Part shown: one piece after another, positions 49,867-58,075 of the stretch
How positions within the stretch are numbered: the stretch's first letter is position 1
How the letters are laid out: every line of letters begins with the position of its first letter
Source of the DNA: Nitrospinota bacterium
GTDB taxonomy: Bacteria; Nitrospinota; Nitrospinia; Nitrospinales; VA-1
Reading direction: 5' to 3'
DNA length: 64,000 nucleotides
Assembly: GCA_013349585.1 (NCBI GenBank)
Contig: DUZG01000002.1
Coordinates: forward strand, 39,348-103,347
The notes under the pieces: model-generated
Told to the model about the DNA's origin: nothing
The model's input: the letters and a program-made list of their open reading frames with translations, nothing else
Database searches by the model: none
Made by a program: the position numbers and the translations under genes

Positions 49867-51594
49867 ATGAAACCGAACAAAAAATTTTACCTTTTACTAT
49901 TCGTTTTATTGATGGGCTTTTGCTGGACCATTCCTACCGCATTTTCTGAAGATAAACCTATGGATAACAGCCCAATGGGTCATGGAGACCATGGCGATCA
50001 CTCCAGTACACCAGCGGTTTCGGGTGGAGAATATCGTACGGAGCAACCGGATACTATGAATCACGGGCACATGGATCATGGAAAAAGTGATGGTAGTATT
50101 TTCCGAACCAAGGGTGCCCATGATGAGATGGGGATGTCGAAACCCCAGGACATGAGCAGCAAGGCACTTTTGGCGCGCGGACGTAATATTTTCTTACATA
50201 TGTGCGTGTTTTGTCATGGTGAAAATGGCAATGGCGGCGGTACAGCGACCCAATATCTCTACCCTTGGCCACGGGATTTTCGTAAAGGAATTTTTAAGTT
50301 TCGAACCACACCCACCGGAACCCTACCGCGCGATGAAGATTTGTATCGAACCATTGTTGAGGGTGTACCCGGGACTTCCATGCCAGCATGGAAAGACGCG
50401 TTGACCCCGGAAGACACATGGGCATTAATCAATCATATAAAAAACTTTTCCGAACGTTTTCAAAAAGAGAAACAAGGTGAAAAAATTGTAGCGAAAATCC
50501 ATCCTGATTCTTCGCCTGAATTAATCGAAAAAGGTAAAAACCTTTTTCAGGAGTTGAAGTGCAACCGTTGTCATGGCGATTCCCTGAAAGGCGATGGAGA
50601 ACTATCCGAGTCGTTGATTGATGCTTGGAAGCATGCCGTATTTGTTCACGACATTACAAATCCCCAGGCTCTGAAGGGCGGTCATAAACCGGTTGATATT
50701 TTCCGAACAATCTCTTCGGGTCTCGATGGAACACCGATGCGATCCTATATCGACCTTCCTGAAGAAGATCGCTGGGCATTGGTGCATTACATTCGCTCAA
50801 ATTTTTCCAAAAAATTTACAAATGCTGAATTTGAAACCGATATCTATTCTTTTCCCGTTGCCTTTGAGTTAAGCACCGACCCATTCAGTCCTCTATGGGA
50901 AGAAGTGAAATCAACCAGCTTGGTTTTACGTCCACTCTCTGCCCGTCGTGATGCCGTTGAATTTGTCAATGTGGCTTCCGTCAACAATGGAGAGCAACTT
51001 GCCATCCGCATCAAATGGAGCGACCCTACTCATGACGCGTTTTCTGAATTACATTCAGATATATTCCGCGATGGGGTTGCCGTGCAATTTGCTTTGGGTG
51101 CGGTAACACTTCACACTCACGGTCACAACGAACCCTTTTTTGGAATGGGAAACCGCAACAAACCGGTAAATATCTGGAATTGGAAGGCCGGTCTCGGAGA
51201 AACACTTGAAGCAGAAGACGATCTTGAATATGCCGGTGGCGGGGTAGATATGGATGCCCTCATCTACGGCGGCATCATGTCTAATCCGGTTACAAAATTA
51301 AATGCCACGGGTGAAAATCCAGTTGAAGAATTGAACGCCGAAGGATTCGGCACCATCACTCCCCAGCCTCCTGAAAACCAAAATGTCGATGGCGCAGGGG
51401 AATGGAAAGACGGCACTTGGACAGTTGTCTTTCTTCGCGATATGCCTAAAACTGGGAAATGGGATGTTGATTTTGCCAAACGTATAGATCCCGCCCTAAT
51501 GGCCTTTGCCGTCTGGGATGGAGTCAAAGAAGATCGGAATGGCCGGAAGGTCATCAGCGTATGGCAACGCTTCAATATTATTAAACCAAAATAA
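49867..51594 (+). CDS. Periplasmic fusion protein: His/Met-rich N-terminus, two c-type cytochrome domains, ethylbenzene-dehydrogenase-gamma-like (EB_dh, NxrC-like) haem-b domain
   Basis: 575-aa ORF with a signal peptide. Two CxxCH motifs (CVFCHG, CNRCHG). C-terminal EB_dh-like block …IKWSDPTHD…DGVAVQFALG…FFGMGN…VNIWNWKA…. Confidence 0.8.
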   Translation: MKPNKKFYLLLFVLLMGFCWTIPTAFSEDKPMDNSPMGHGDHGDHSSTPAVSGGEYRTEQPDTMNHGHMDHGKSDGSIFRTKGAHDEMGMSKPQDMSSKALLARGRNIFLHMCVFCHGENGNGGGTATQYLYPWPRDFRKGIFKFRTTPTGTLPRDEDLYRTIVEGVPGTSMPAWKDALTPEDTWALINHIKNFSERFQKEKQGEKIVAKIHPDSSPELIEKGKNLFQELKCNRCHGDSLKGDGELSESLIDAWKHAVFVHDITNPQALKGGHKPVDIFRTISSGLDGTPMRSYIDLPEEDRWALVHYIRSNFSKKFTNAEFETDIYSFPVAFELSTDPFSPLWEEVKSTSLVLRPLSARRDAVEFVNVASVNNGEQLAIRIKWSDPTHDAFSELHSDIFRDGVAVQFALGAVTLHTHGHNEPFFGMGNRNKPVNIWNWKAGLGETLEAEDDLEYAGGGVDMDALIYGGIMSNPVTKLNATGENPVEELNAEGFGTITPQPPENQNVDGAGEWKDGTWTVVFLRDMPKTGKWDVDFAKRIDPALMAFAVWDGVKEDRNGRKVISVWQRFNIIKPK

Positions 51595-51811
51595 TTTTCC
51601 CCTACGCTCTCTAAATAAAAAGGAGAAACGTAACTTCCATATACAAGCGTATCGACCCAGCTCTGTTGACCTTTTCCGTCTGGGTTGGCGCCAAAGAAGA
51701 CCGGAATGGCCGCAAGGTTATCTGCGTATGGCAGCGCTTCAATATTATTAAACCAAAATAAATTTTCCCCTACGTTCTCCGAATTAAAAGGGGTAATTCT
51801 TAACTTCCACC
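51478..51811 (+). repeat. Tandem direct repeat (2 x 167 bp): last ~39 codons plus 3' UTR of the cytochrome gene, and a diverged second copy
   Basis: 51478..51644 aligns base-for-base with 51645..51811, including the stop codon (…VWQRFNIIKPK* in both) and about 45 nt downstream. In the coding part there are 17 differences in 39 codons. Confidence 0.85.
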
Positions 51812-51821
51812 GGAGTTTCTG

Positions 51822-53108
51822 TTGAATCAATACCGTATTTTGTTGATCGAGGTTTTCTTCCTGATCTATTGCCTTACCTTCATCCCATCTATTTTCGCCG
51901 CAGAAAAAATGGGTTTGGGGGAGCTGGACCGATTGATTAAAATCCACAAGCCGCAAAAGCCCACAGAAGATTTTGACGCAACCATTGGTCCTATAAAAAG
52001 CGTTCAACTACTTCCAAATTTTGAGCCGACTGTCTTTTCCATTCCCGGGTTCAAAGTCTCTGGTTGTGGCGCATGCCATCAATCAAATGATCTACTAAAT
52101 CTTTCAATCGACCGCATGCGAAAAACTCTGAAACGTTTGCATACTATTTTCCCAGATCTTTCGCCGGCACCGTTGAAGCAGTTCATTATTCAGTCGTGGT
52201 CCGGTGAGTTATTACAACCCTGGCAGTTTGCACATACGACTTTCGACTCTATCCGAATTTCTCCCGCAACCATCCTGATAGACAGTCGCGCCTATGGCAA
52301 CGCAACACACCTTCACGAATCACTTCATTTGACACAACCGTTTGTGGGAGCCGCCAATGAGCTAGAAGCTTATGGATTGAACATTCGTTCTGACCCAAGA
52401 TTTTTATTTCTAAACTTCCCTTATTTTTCAGATACGGTCACGGCTTTTTTCCTGCCCGAATTCCCAAAAATGCTGGATCGTTTTTTTGCTCGACAAATAA
52501 ATGAAGATCTAACTATACCGAGGGAAGTGCAGTGGTTTTTGATGCCTTTTGATGAGGAGAGTCTGAAAAAACTTTCTCAAGCTATTAAAAAAATGGAACC
52601 GGTTTTAAAAGAGATGGGACGGATGAACCGCAAATTTCCAGTCAAGGCGGCTTACCTGGGCGAACAAACCCGAGCTCTTTCTTTGTTACTTGATATTGCT
52701 GCGGCAAAATTATTACCTCTCCCAAAAATAATGGAATCGGATAACAAAGAAGCCTTCTCTATTCTAGGACAGCAATTCGACAAACTCGACAACACCCGTC
52801 TGGGATACAGAATTGATCGCAAACGAGAAGCCTTGATGATTCTCACCTATAAGATGAAAATTAAAGATCCCCAAAAGCGGCTAGGCATCTATTTTCATTT
52901 TTTAAAAGATCGATATGTAGGAGCAGATGGAGAGATCAGTTTAAAAGTTTCGGATGAGGAAGATCTGAAAAAGTTTGTCGAAGAAAAACGTGTTCAGATA
53001 ACTCGCATGATGAAATCAAAAAACTTCACCGAGATAGAACGCCAAGGCGCAGAAAAACTACTCGGCGTAGGGCCGACAGGTCAAAGCCCAGTTGTGATCT
53101 CCGAATAA
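51822..53108 (+). CDS. Hypothetical exported protein with one CxxCH and one HExxH motif
   Basis: 428-aa ORF. TTG start with GGAG 7 nt upstream. N-terminal hydrophobic segment. CGACHQ and HLHESLHLTQ…NELEAY motifs. No family recognised. Confidence 0.65.
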   Translation: MNQYRILLIEVFFLIYCLTFIPSIFAAEKMGLGELDRLIKIHKPQKPTEDFDATIGPIKSVQLLPNFEPTVFSIPGFKVSGCGACHQSNDLLNLSIDRMRKTLKRLHTIFPDLSPAPLKQFIIQSWSGELLQPWQFAHTTFDSIRISPATILIDSRAYGNATHLHESLHLTQPFVGAANELEAYGLNIRSDPRFLFLNFPYFSDTVTAFFLPEFPKMLDRFFARQINEDLTIPREVQWFLMPFDEESLKKLSQAIKKMEPVLKEMGRMNRKFPVKAAYLGEQTRALSLLLDIAAAKLLPLPKIMESDNKEAFSILGQQFDKLDNTRLGYRIDRKREALMILTYKMKIKDPQKRLGIYFHFLKDRYVGADGEISLKVSDEEDLKKFVEEKRVQITRMMKSKNFTEIERQGAEKLLGVGPTGQSPVVISE

Positions 53109-53274
53109 AGGAATTTTTATGAGGCAACCCACAACCCAAAAAAAACTGCAAGCCTCTTGGGAATAGATCCGCGTAAAGGCTATGCATTGACTAAATACTA
53201 GAACCAGTAGTAAAAAGATAATAGGCTCAGCTTACTTGACGTGTATCGACCTATCACGACAGGGCATTGCCCGG

Positions 53275-53808
53275 TTAGAGTTTGCTAGGATGTGTTACGA
53301 GTGCCGGGCCTTTTACGTGGTCTTCAAGAGTTTCGGCTTGCACCTTGTCTTGAAGTTTCATAAGCGCGTCTATCACCATTTCTGGTCGTGGTGGACAACC
53401 CGGGATATAAACATCCACTGGAATCAATGTATCAATTCCCATAACGGTTGAGTAGTTATCATAGAATCCGCCGGAGACGGTACATACCCCATAAGCCACA
53501 ACCCATTTTGGCTCCGTCATCTGATTAAAAACTTTTACCAGAATCGGTGCCTGTTTGTGACTGATAGTTCCCACCACCATAAGCAGGTCGGCCTGCCGAG
53601 GTGAGAAACGAGGAAACGCCGCACCCATACGATCCAGATCATATCTTGGACCAGCTACGGACATAAACTCCATACCGCAACAAGCAGTGATGAAGGGATA
53701 GATAAAAAAGGAATATTTTCGTGCCCAGTTGATGGCCTGCGTCATTTGCGTAACGATGACATTATTGCCCAGACTCATCTCGGTTTCTGTTCTATATAAT
53801 CCAGCCAT
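53275..53808 (-). CDS. nuoB: NuoB-like (NADH:quinone oxidoreductase 20-kDa / [NiFe]-hydrogenase small-subunit-like) protein, orphan
   Basis: All four N2-cluster Cys are present (CCGMEF, GVCTVSGG, IPGCPPRP). I prefer ATG 53808, which has GGAG 7 nt upstream. The track uses GTG 53904. Confidence 0.85.
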   Translation of the reverse strand: MAGLYRTETEMSLGNNVIVTQMTQAINWARKYSFFIYPFITACCGMEFMSVAGPRYDLDRMGAAFPRFSPRQADLLMVVGTISHKQAPILVKVFNQMTEPKWVVAYGVCTVSGGFYDNYSTVMGIDTLIPVDVYIPGCPPRPEMVIDALMKLQDKVQAETLEDHVKGPALVTHPSKL

Positions 53809-54125
53809 TGAACCGCTCCATGGAAATAAGTGATAACGTATATTAGAATATTTTTCGAGAAAAACCAACCCCCCAGGCCTTGTCCGGAGAAAATAGGTCG
53901 ACACCCAAATTGCGTATAAATATATTTTTTCCTTTAACTATAGGTCACCATCCTTACTTCTCACTCCAATGAACTCGCATTGCTATCCCCGTAGGGGGCG
54001 GAATAACCTTGAGGGATTTAGGGGAAGCGGTGTATAATCAAACTTATCAGGAAATGTATATTGATAAATTAAGAAATTAGGCCTGCCTATAGGGACAGAC
54101 CTTGAATGCTTGGAGAAAAAGGAAA

Positions 54126-54671
54126 ATGGATTACAGTGGTAATAAAACAGCAGTAGGGCAGGATCGTGCAATATCGGAAACGGAGTCCATCGTTGGCATG
54201 AACTTGAGTAAAGACGGAAAAACCCTTGATCTTACAGCAACTTACCTGAAGGAGTACGGGGCAAAAGATATTTCGCTGATGGAATCGTTGCGACCTTTAA
54301 CAACTCTCGCATTTGGCACCAATCTTTGCGGCGCTAAAGGTGCTAGATGGCTAGCACAGTCTGAAGTCCTGGTCAATCTGACTTCCCTCAACCTGTTTTA
54401 CAATAAGATCGGGAATGACGGCCTCAAATATATTGCCGTCTCAGATAACCTGCTGAGCTTACAGAACTTGGTGATCACGGATAACGAGATAACCGATGAA
54501 GGCGCGCTCAGTTTAGCCAAGTTCTTGCCACTTTTCACCAACCTGATGCGACTCGACCTTCGCCTGAATCGGATTAAAGAAGAAGGCAAAGATGCCCTTA
54601 AAGAAGCGCAAAAAATGTCCTCTGTAAAGCATCTGCTGCTGGACAAAGTCGAAGGCTTCCAAGTCAAATAA
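54126..54671 (+). CDS. RNI-type leucine-rich-repeat protein
   Basis: 181 aa from ATG 54126 (RBS GGAGAAAAAGGA). LRRs of about 28 residues (…LTSLNLFYNKIGNDGLKYIA…LQNLVITDNEITDEGALSLA…LMRLDLRLNRIKEEG…). Confidence 0.7.
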   Translation: MDYSGNKTAVGQDRAISETESIVGMNLSKDGKTLDLTATYLKEYGAKDISLMESLRPLTTLAFGTNLCGAKGARWLAQSEVLVNLTSLNLFYNKIGNDGLKYIAVSDNLLSLQNLVITDNEITDEGALSLAKFLPLFTNLMRLDLRLNRIKEEGKDALKEAQKMSSVKHLLLDKVEGFQVK

Positions 54672-54747
54672 CCGGTCTTTATATTCTTTCCGAGATTATT
54701 TGGCTTCTTAGAAATGGGTCTATATCGATCACTGTTACCTTCGCTCA

Positions 54748-55596
54748 CTAGAGGGCGTTTGTATTTAATGTGATGATTTGATTGTCGAACAAGGGATGGA
54801 TATTTGTAAAGTCGATTCCCAGCAACTCCACGCATTTTTTTACTTCAGAGCTTTGGTAGATGATTTGCCAAAGTCGGTTCCCCATCTCTTGCGCGTTTTG
54901 TAGTAGCAGCCGCAAGTCTTTCGTTTCATCTTCCCTGAGAATAGCAAAGAGGTCGATTTCAAGAGCCTTCCATTTTTTTTCTGTCCGCAAAACACTTTGG
55001 TAAAGCTCCATCTCGTGACGGACCAACAGGAATTTGCTTTTAAGCGGTTGCGCGTTTGTAGAATTGGGAAACAGAGTCGCGAATTCTTTTTCAATATCGC
55101 TTACCTTGCCCACTGTAAAAAGCGACCATTTTCCGTGCAAGATTTCCAGTCTATCTGCAAAATCGAAACAACGATCAATCAGCTCCGGGCGCATATCGCG
55201 GATCAAAAGAGCATCGGGGAAATCTTTAGTGATCCTCTCGTGTAACAATAATAAATCTTTATACAGTTCCCGCAAAACCGAGTTCAAGTTGCCGATGCTG
55301 ACGGGCTCATCCGATTGGCGGGTATCTTTCAGAGAAATGGTTTCAACTTCCAGATCCCTTTGCGTCGTTTCGATGTAATTGATCGCTCCTATTTCCAAAA
55401 GTTGATAAAAAGTTTCTGGAGAAAGGTCAAAGTCGATACCGAAATTGGTTTTTACGAAATCGCGTATCTTGCGACATTGGCCCACATCGCGAAACGTTTC
55501 AACCGCTTGTTGCAAAGGTTCACCAGTGGCATCGAAAGGTGCGATATCGGTATCTGATCCGATTAGTTTCTTTAAAATACGTTTCGGGTCGCGCAT
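54748..55596 (-). CDS. Hypothetical protein (~282 aa)
   Basis: Long ORF. Start taken at ATG 55596 (MRDPKRILKK…) rather than at 55686. No recognisable motif. Confidence 0.55.
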   Translation of the reverse strand: MRDPKRILKKLIGSDTDIAPFDATGEPLQQAVETFRDVGQCRKIRDFVKTNFGIDFDLSPETFYQLLEIGAINYIETTQRDLEVETISLKDTRQSDEPVSIGNLNSVLRELYKDLLLLHERITKDFPDALLIRDMRPELIDRCFDFADRLEILHGKWSLFTVGKVSDIEKEFATLFPNSTNAQPLKSKFLLVRHEMELYQSVLRTEKKWKALEIDLFAILREDETKDLRLLLQNAQEMGNRLWQIIYQSSEVKKCVELLGIDFTNIHPLFDNQIITLNTNAL

Positions 55597-55720
55597 TCGG
55601 GTATTTAATCCTAAAAAGGTATATAAGCATAGCTTGGAATTTAAGAAGGAAACTGTTAACATCCTCCAGATTCTGATAGCCCTCATTCTAAGTCAGGATG
55701 GTTTCAATATACAAGACCAA

Positions 55721-55804
55721 GCCGGGGTGGCGGAATTGGTAGACGCAAGGGACTTAAAATCCCTCGAGGGTAACCTCGTACCGGTTCGATTCCGGTCCTC
55801 GGCA
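55721..55804 (+). tRNA. tRNA-Leu (anticodon TAA), CCA not encoded
   Basis: The cloverleaf folds by hand. Acceptor GCCGGGG/CCTCGGC, discriminator A, anticodon stem AGGGA/TCCCT, loop CTTAAAA, long variable arm CGAGGGTAACCTCGT, T arm ACCGG-TTCGATT-CCGGT. Confidence 0.93.
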
Positions 55805-55816
55805 TTAAATAAAGTA

Positions 55817-55855
55817 AGGAGTTATAGCATTGTTGCTGTAGCTCCTTTTTCTTTT
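55817..55855 (+). terminator. Terminator hairpin downstream of tRNA-Leu
   Basis: AGGAGTTAT…GTAGCTCCT stem followed by TTTTTCTTTT. Confidence 0.5.
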
Positions 55856-56157
55856 ATTAGAGAAGTTGTGTAATTCTTGTGTAATTTGGTCAGAAAAACA
55901 ACGGTATTGAAATTTTAGGTTAAAGCTTTCGGAAAATTAATATGAAATCCCCAAGTTCGAAGAATTTATCTAAATGAAGGGGCACAGACCGCGTTTAATC
56001 TGCGATAGTCACCATTTATATGCCCAAAGCATGTAAAGAGAAATTGGCCAACCCCTTTTTTAGGTACAATTGAACAGTAGCTTATCGACCCAAAGCAGAC
56101 ATTATTTAACAACTGATTTTTTCTATAAGCATTTTCCACATATAAAGTGTCCAGAGA

Positions 56158-57234
56158 ATGAAACAAGAATACCCCCAGTTTTTACCGCCATCAGATTTAG
56201 ACAGATCACCTCTACGCGAGCGATCTCCATTAGAAAAACTCGGCTGGCAACCCTTCTTTGCCCAACAAACCAGTATTGAGGGCATGAACCAGACGCCGCC
56301 AGGGCGCATCGTTGAAGTTCACAGAAAGGGTTTGCATTTTCTTGGTGACGGCTTTGATATGCTGATCCCTCCCGGACCAGATGCAACTGTCGGGGATTGG
56401 TTGCTGTTGAACAAATCCCAACCCGCATCCAGCAAGGTCCTCCATCGCAAAAGTCTTTTCAAGCGGCGAGCACCGGGTGCCCGCAGGGAGCTTCAACTGA
56501 TTGCAGCAAATGTGGATACGGCCTTTATTGTATCCTCGTGCAATCAAGATTTTAACGTTGCTCGGCTGGAACGTTATCTCGCTTTAGCATTTGAGGCTGA
56601 TGTCATACCTGTGATCATCTTGACGAAAGCTGATCTTTGCGACGACCCTGCGCCCTATTTGGGTGCTGCCAGTGCAATATCACAAAAGGTACCCGTTATT
56701 CTTCTCAACGCGCTGAGCGATGAACCGCGAGCAAAGCTTCGTGACTGGTGCAGACGGTGTCAGACTGTTGCTTTTCTTGGATCATCGGGTGTTGGAAAGT
56801 CCACTTTGGTCAATGCGCTCTTTGGAGATCAAGCCGTGGACACAGCGTCTATTCGCGAAGATGATGCTAGAGGTCGGCATACGACAACTCGTCGGCAACT
56901 TTACTTTTTACCCGATGGCTGTGCGGTATTAGACACCCCTGGCATGCGAGAACTTCAGCTCACGGATGCACAGCAAGGTATCGCGGATGTCTTTGACGAC
57001 GTGTCCACTTTGGCTGAGCAGTGCCGCTTTAACGACTGCAGGCACGAAACAGAGCCAGGATGTTCCATCCTCACTGCCCTTGAGGCAAACATAATTGATC
57101 AGGCGCGACTAGACAGATGGAACAAATTGGTGACGGAAGAACGATTTAACTCGGCCTCTTTGGCGGAGCGTAAATCTGATGACAAATCACTCAATAAAAA
57201 GATCCGCGCGATCCAAAAAAAGAACAGAAAGTAA
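56158..57234 (+). CDS. rsgA: Ribosome small-subunit-dependent GTPase A (circularly permuted GTPase)
   Basis: 358-aa ORF. Motifs in permuted order: TKADL (G4), GSSGVGKST (G1), DTPG (G3). C-terminal zinc motif CRFNDCRHETEPGC. Confidence 0.88.
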   Translation: MKQEYPQFLPPSDLDRSPLRERSPLEKLGWQPFFAQQTSIEGMNQTPPGRIVEVHRKGLHFLGDGFDMLIPPGPDATVGDWLLLNKSQPASSKVLHRKSLFKRRAPGARRELQLIAANVDTAFIVSSCNQDFNVARLERYLALAFEADVIPVIILTKADLCDDPAPYLGAASAISQKVPVILLNALSDEPRAKLRDWCRRCQTVAFLGSSGVGKSTLVNALFGDQAVDTASIREDDARGRHTTTRRQLYFLPDGCAVLDTPGMRELQLTDAQQGIADVFDDVSTLAEQCRFNDCRHETEPGCSILTALEANIIDQARLDRWNKLVTEERFNSASLAERKSDDKSLNKKIRAIQKKNRK

Positions 57235-57463
57235 GTGAATGATCAGAAAATATAAACCAAAAGACATTTGGGTTTGCTCTTAAGCTTCCGCTTTTGTCCG
57301 ACAACAGACCTTTTATGGACACCTACTTTTATTTTTCTCACCGAACAGTTAGAATTGAATCTTAAGACCGCTTCCGACCGCGACTTCTACTGGTCGAAGC
57401 AACACTTTATCTTAATAGTAAAAAGATGGTGAATTATGACGAAGAAAAATAATAATTTGACAG

Positions 57464-58075
57464 GTGCGTACTCCTTTACTAGTGTTAGTTTTGTTCATTA
57501 TGAGTTGTGCCCAATGGCCCTAATTATTATCCCAAAACGCCGAATGGGCACATGTGCAAAAGAAACTGCTTAATAGACTACCAGCTTTGCCCATCGACCT
57601 CAGAAACTTGTGCCTCGACTCACACAACCTGTATCTCCTCCAGAAAGCCTCAAAAAAAATATACCAGTTAACAAAAAATAATGTTGAAGAGGCAGTGCAA
57701 TTTTGCATCAAAAATGCTGAACAGGGAAATGTTAAGGCAAAAATAATTCTATATGATTTGGCAAATAAAAATGTTCCGCAGGCATTGAACATTTTAATTA
57801 GGGATGCAGAGAATAAAATTGACAAAGCTTAAAACAAATTGGGAGAAGTTTATTTAGAAGGTGTGGGGCTTCCGCAAAACTATCTTGATGCGCATATCTG
57901 GTTTAATCTTTCTGGCTCTCAAGGAAATAAAAAGGCTCTTAAAAATAGAAACCGTTTAGAACGAAAAATGTCCCCAGAGCACATAGGAAAAGCTCAAAAA
58001 ATGGCAAAAAGGTGGATGCCAAATAAATCAAAAAGTTTTTTGGATAAATTCAAGGAGCGGGTAAGCGCAAACTAG
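57464..58075 (+). pseudogene. Sel1-repeat lipoprotein with two in-frame TAA codons
   Basis: Single frame from GTG 57464. Lipobox …LVLFIMSC. TAA at 57521..57523 and at 57830..57832 (…DKA*NKLGEVYLEGVGLPQNYLDAHIWFNLSGSQGNKKA…, classic Sel1 repeat). Confidence 0.7.

Noticed and set aside
51478-51811. Diversity-generating retroelement (VR at the gene's 3' end plus a nearby TR)
   Set aside because: Mismatches between the two copies are not adenine-specific and are mostly synonymous third-position changes in both directions. No reverse transcriptase or accessory gene is in the window.
51264-52007. 247-aa minus-strand ORF
   Set aside because: It is antisense to the well-supported cytochrome gene, the tandem repeat and the start of the next + strand gene. 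It has no RBS and an implausible composition.
55721-55804. tRNA-Leu as an ochre (TAA) suppressor
   Set aside because: The anticodon is 5'-TAA-3', which reads UUA/UUG Leu codons. A TAA suppressor would need anticodon TTA.
55445-55873. 142-aa + strand ORF
   Set aside because: It runs straight through tRNA-Leu and is antisense to the 282-aa gene. It is an artefact of open frames.
56158-57234. rsgA as a compositional (high-GC) outlier proving horizontal transfer
   Set aside because: Sampled 60-nt lines give about 45-60% GC, but core genes such as purB and trkA reach similar values. Only the adjacent Sel1 gene (~32%) is clearly deviant. Composition alone does not support the claim.
7314-57832. 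Genome-wide reassignment of TAA to a sense codon
   Set aside because: Many clearly complete genes terminate at TAA at the expected length, for example orn at 866..868, hflK at 23342..23344 and oadA at 29083..29085. Several TAA-bearing genes also carry frameshifts or active-site loss.
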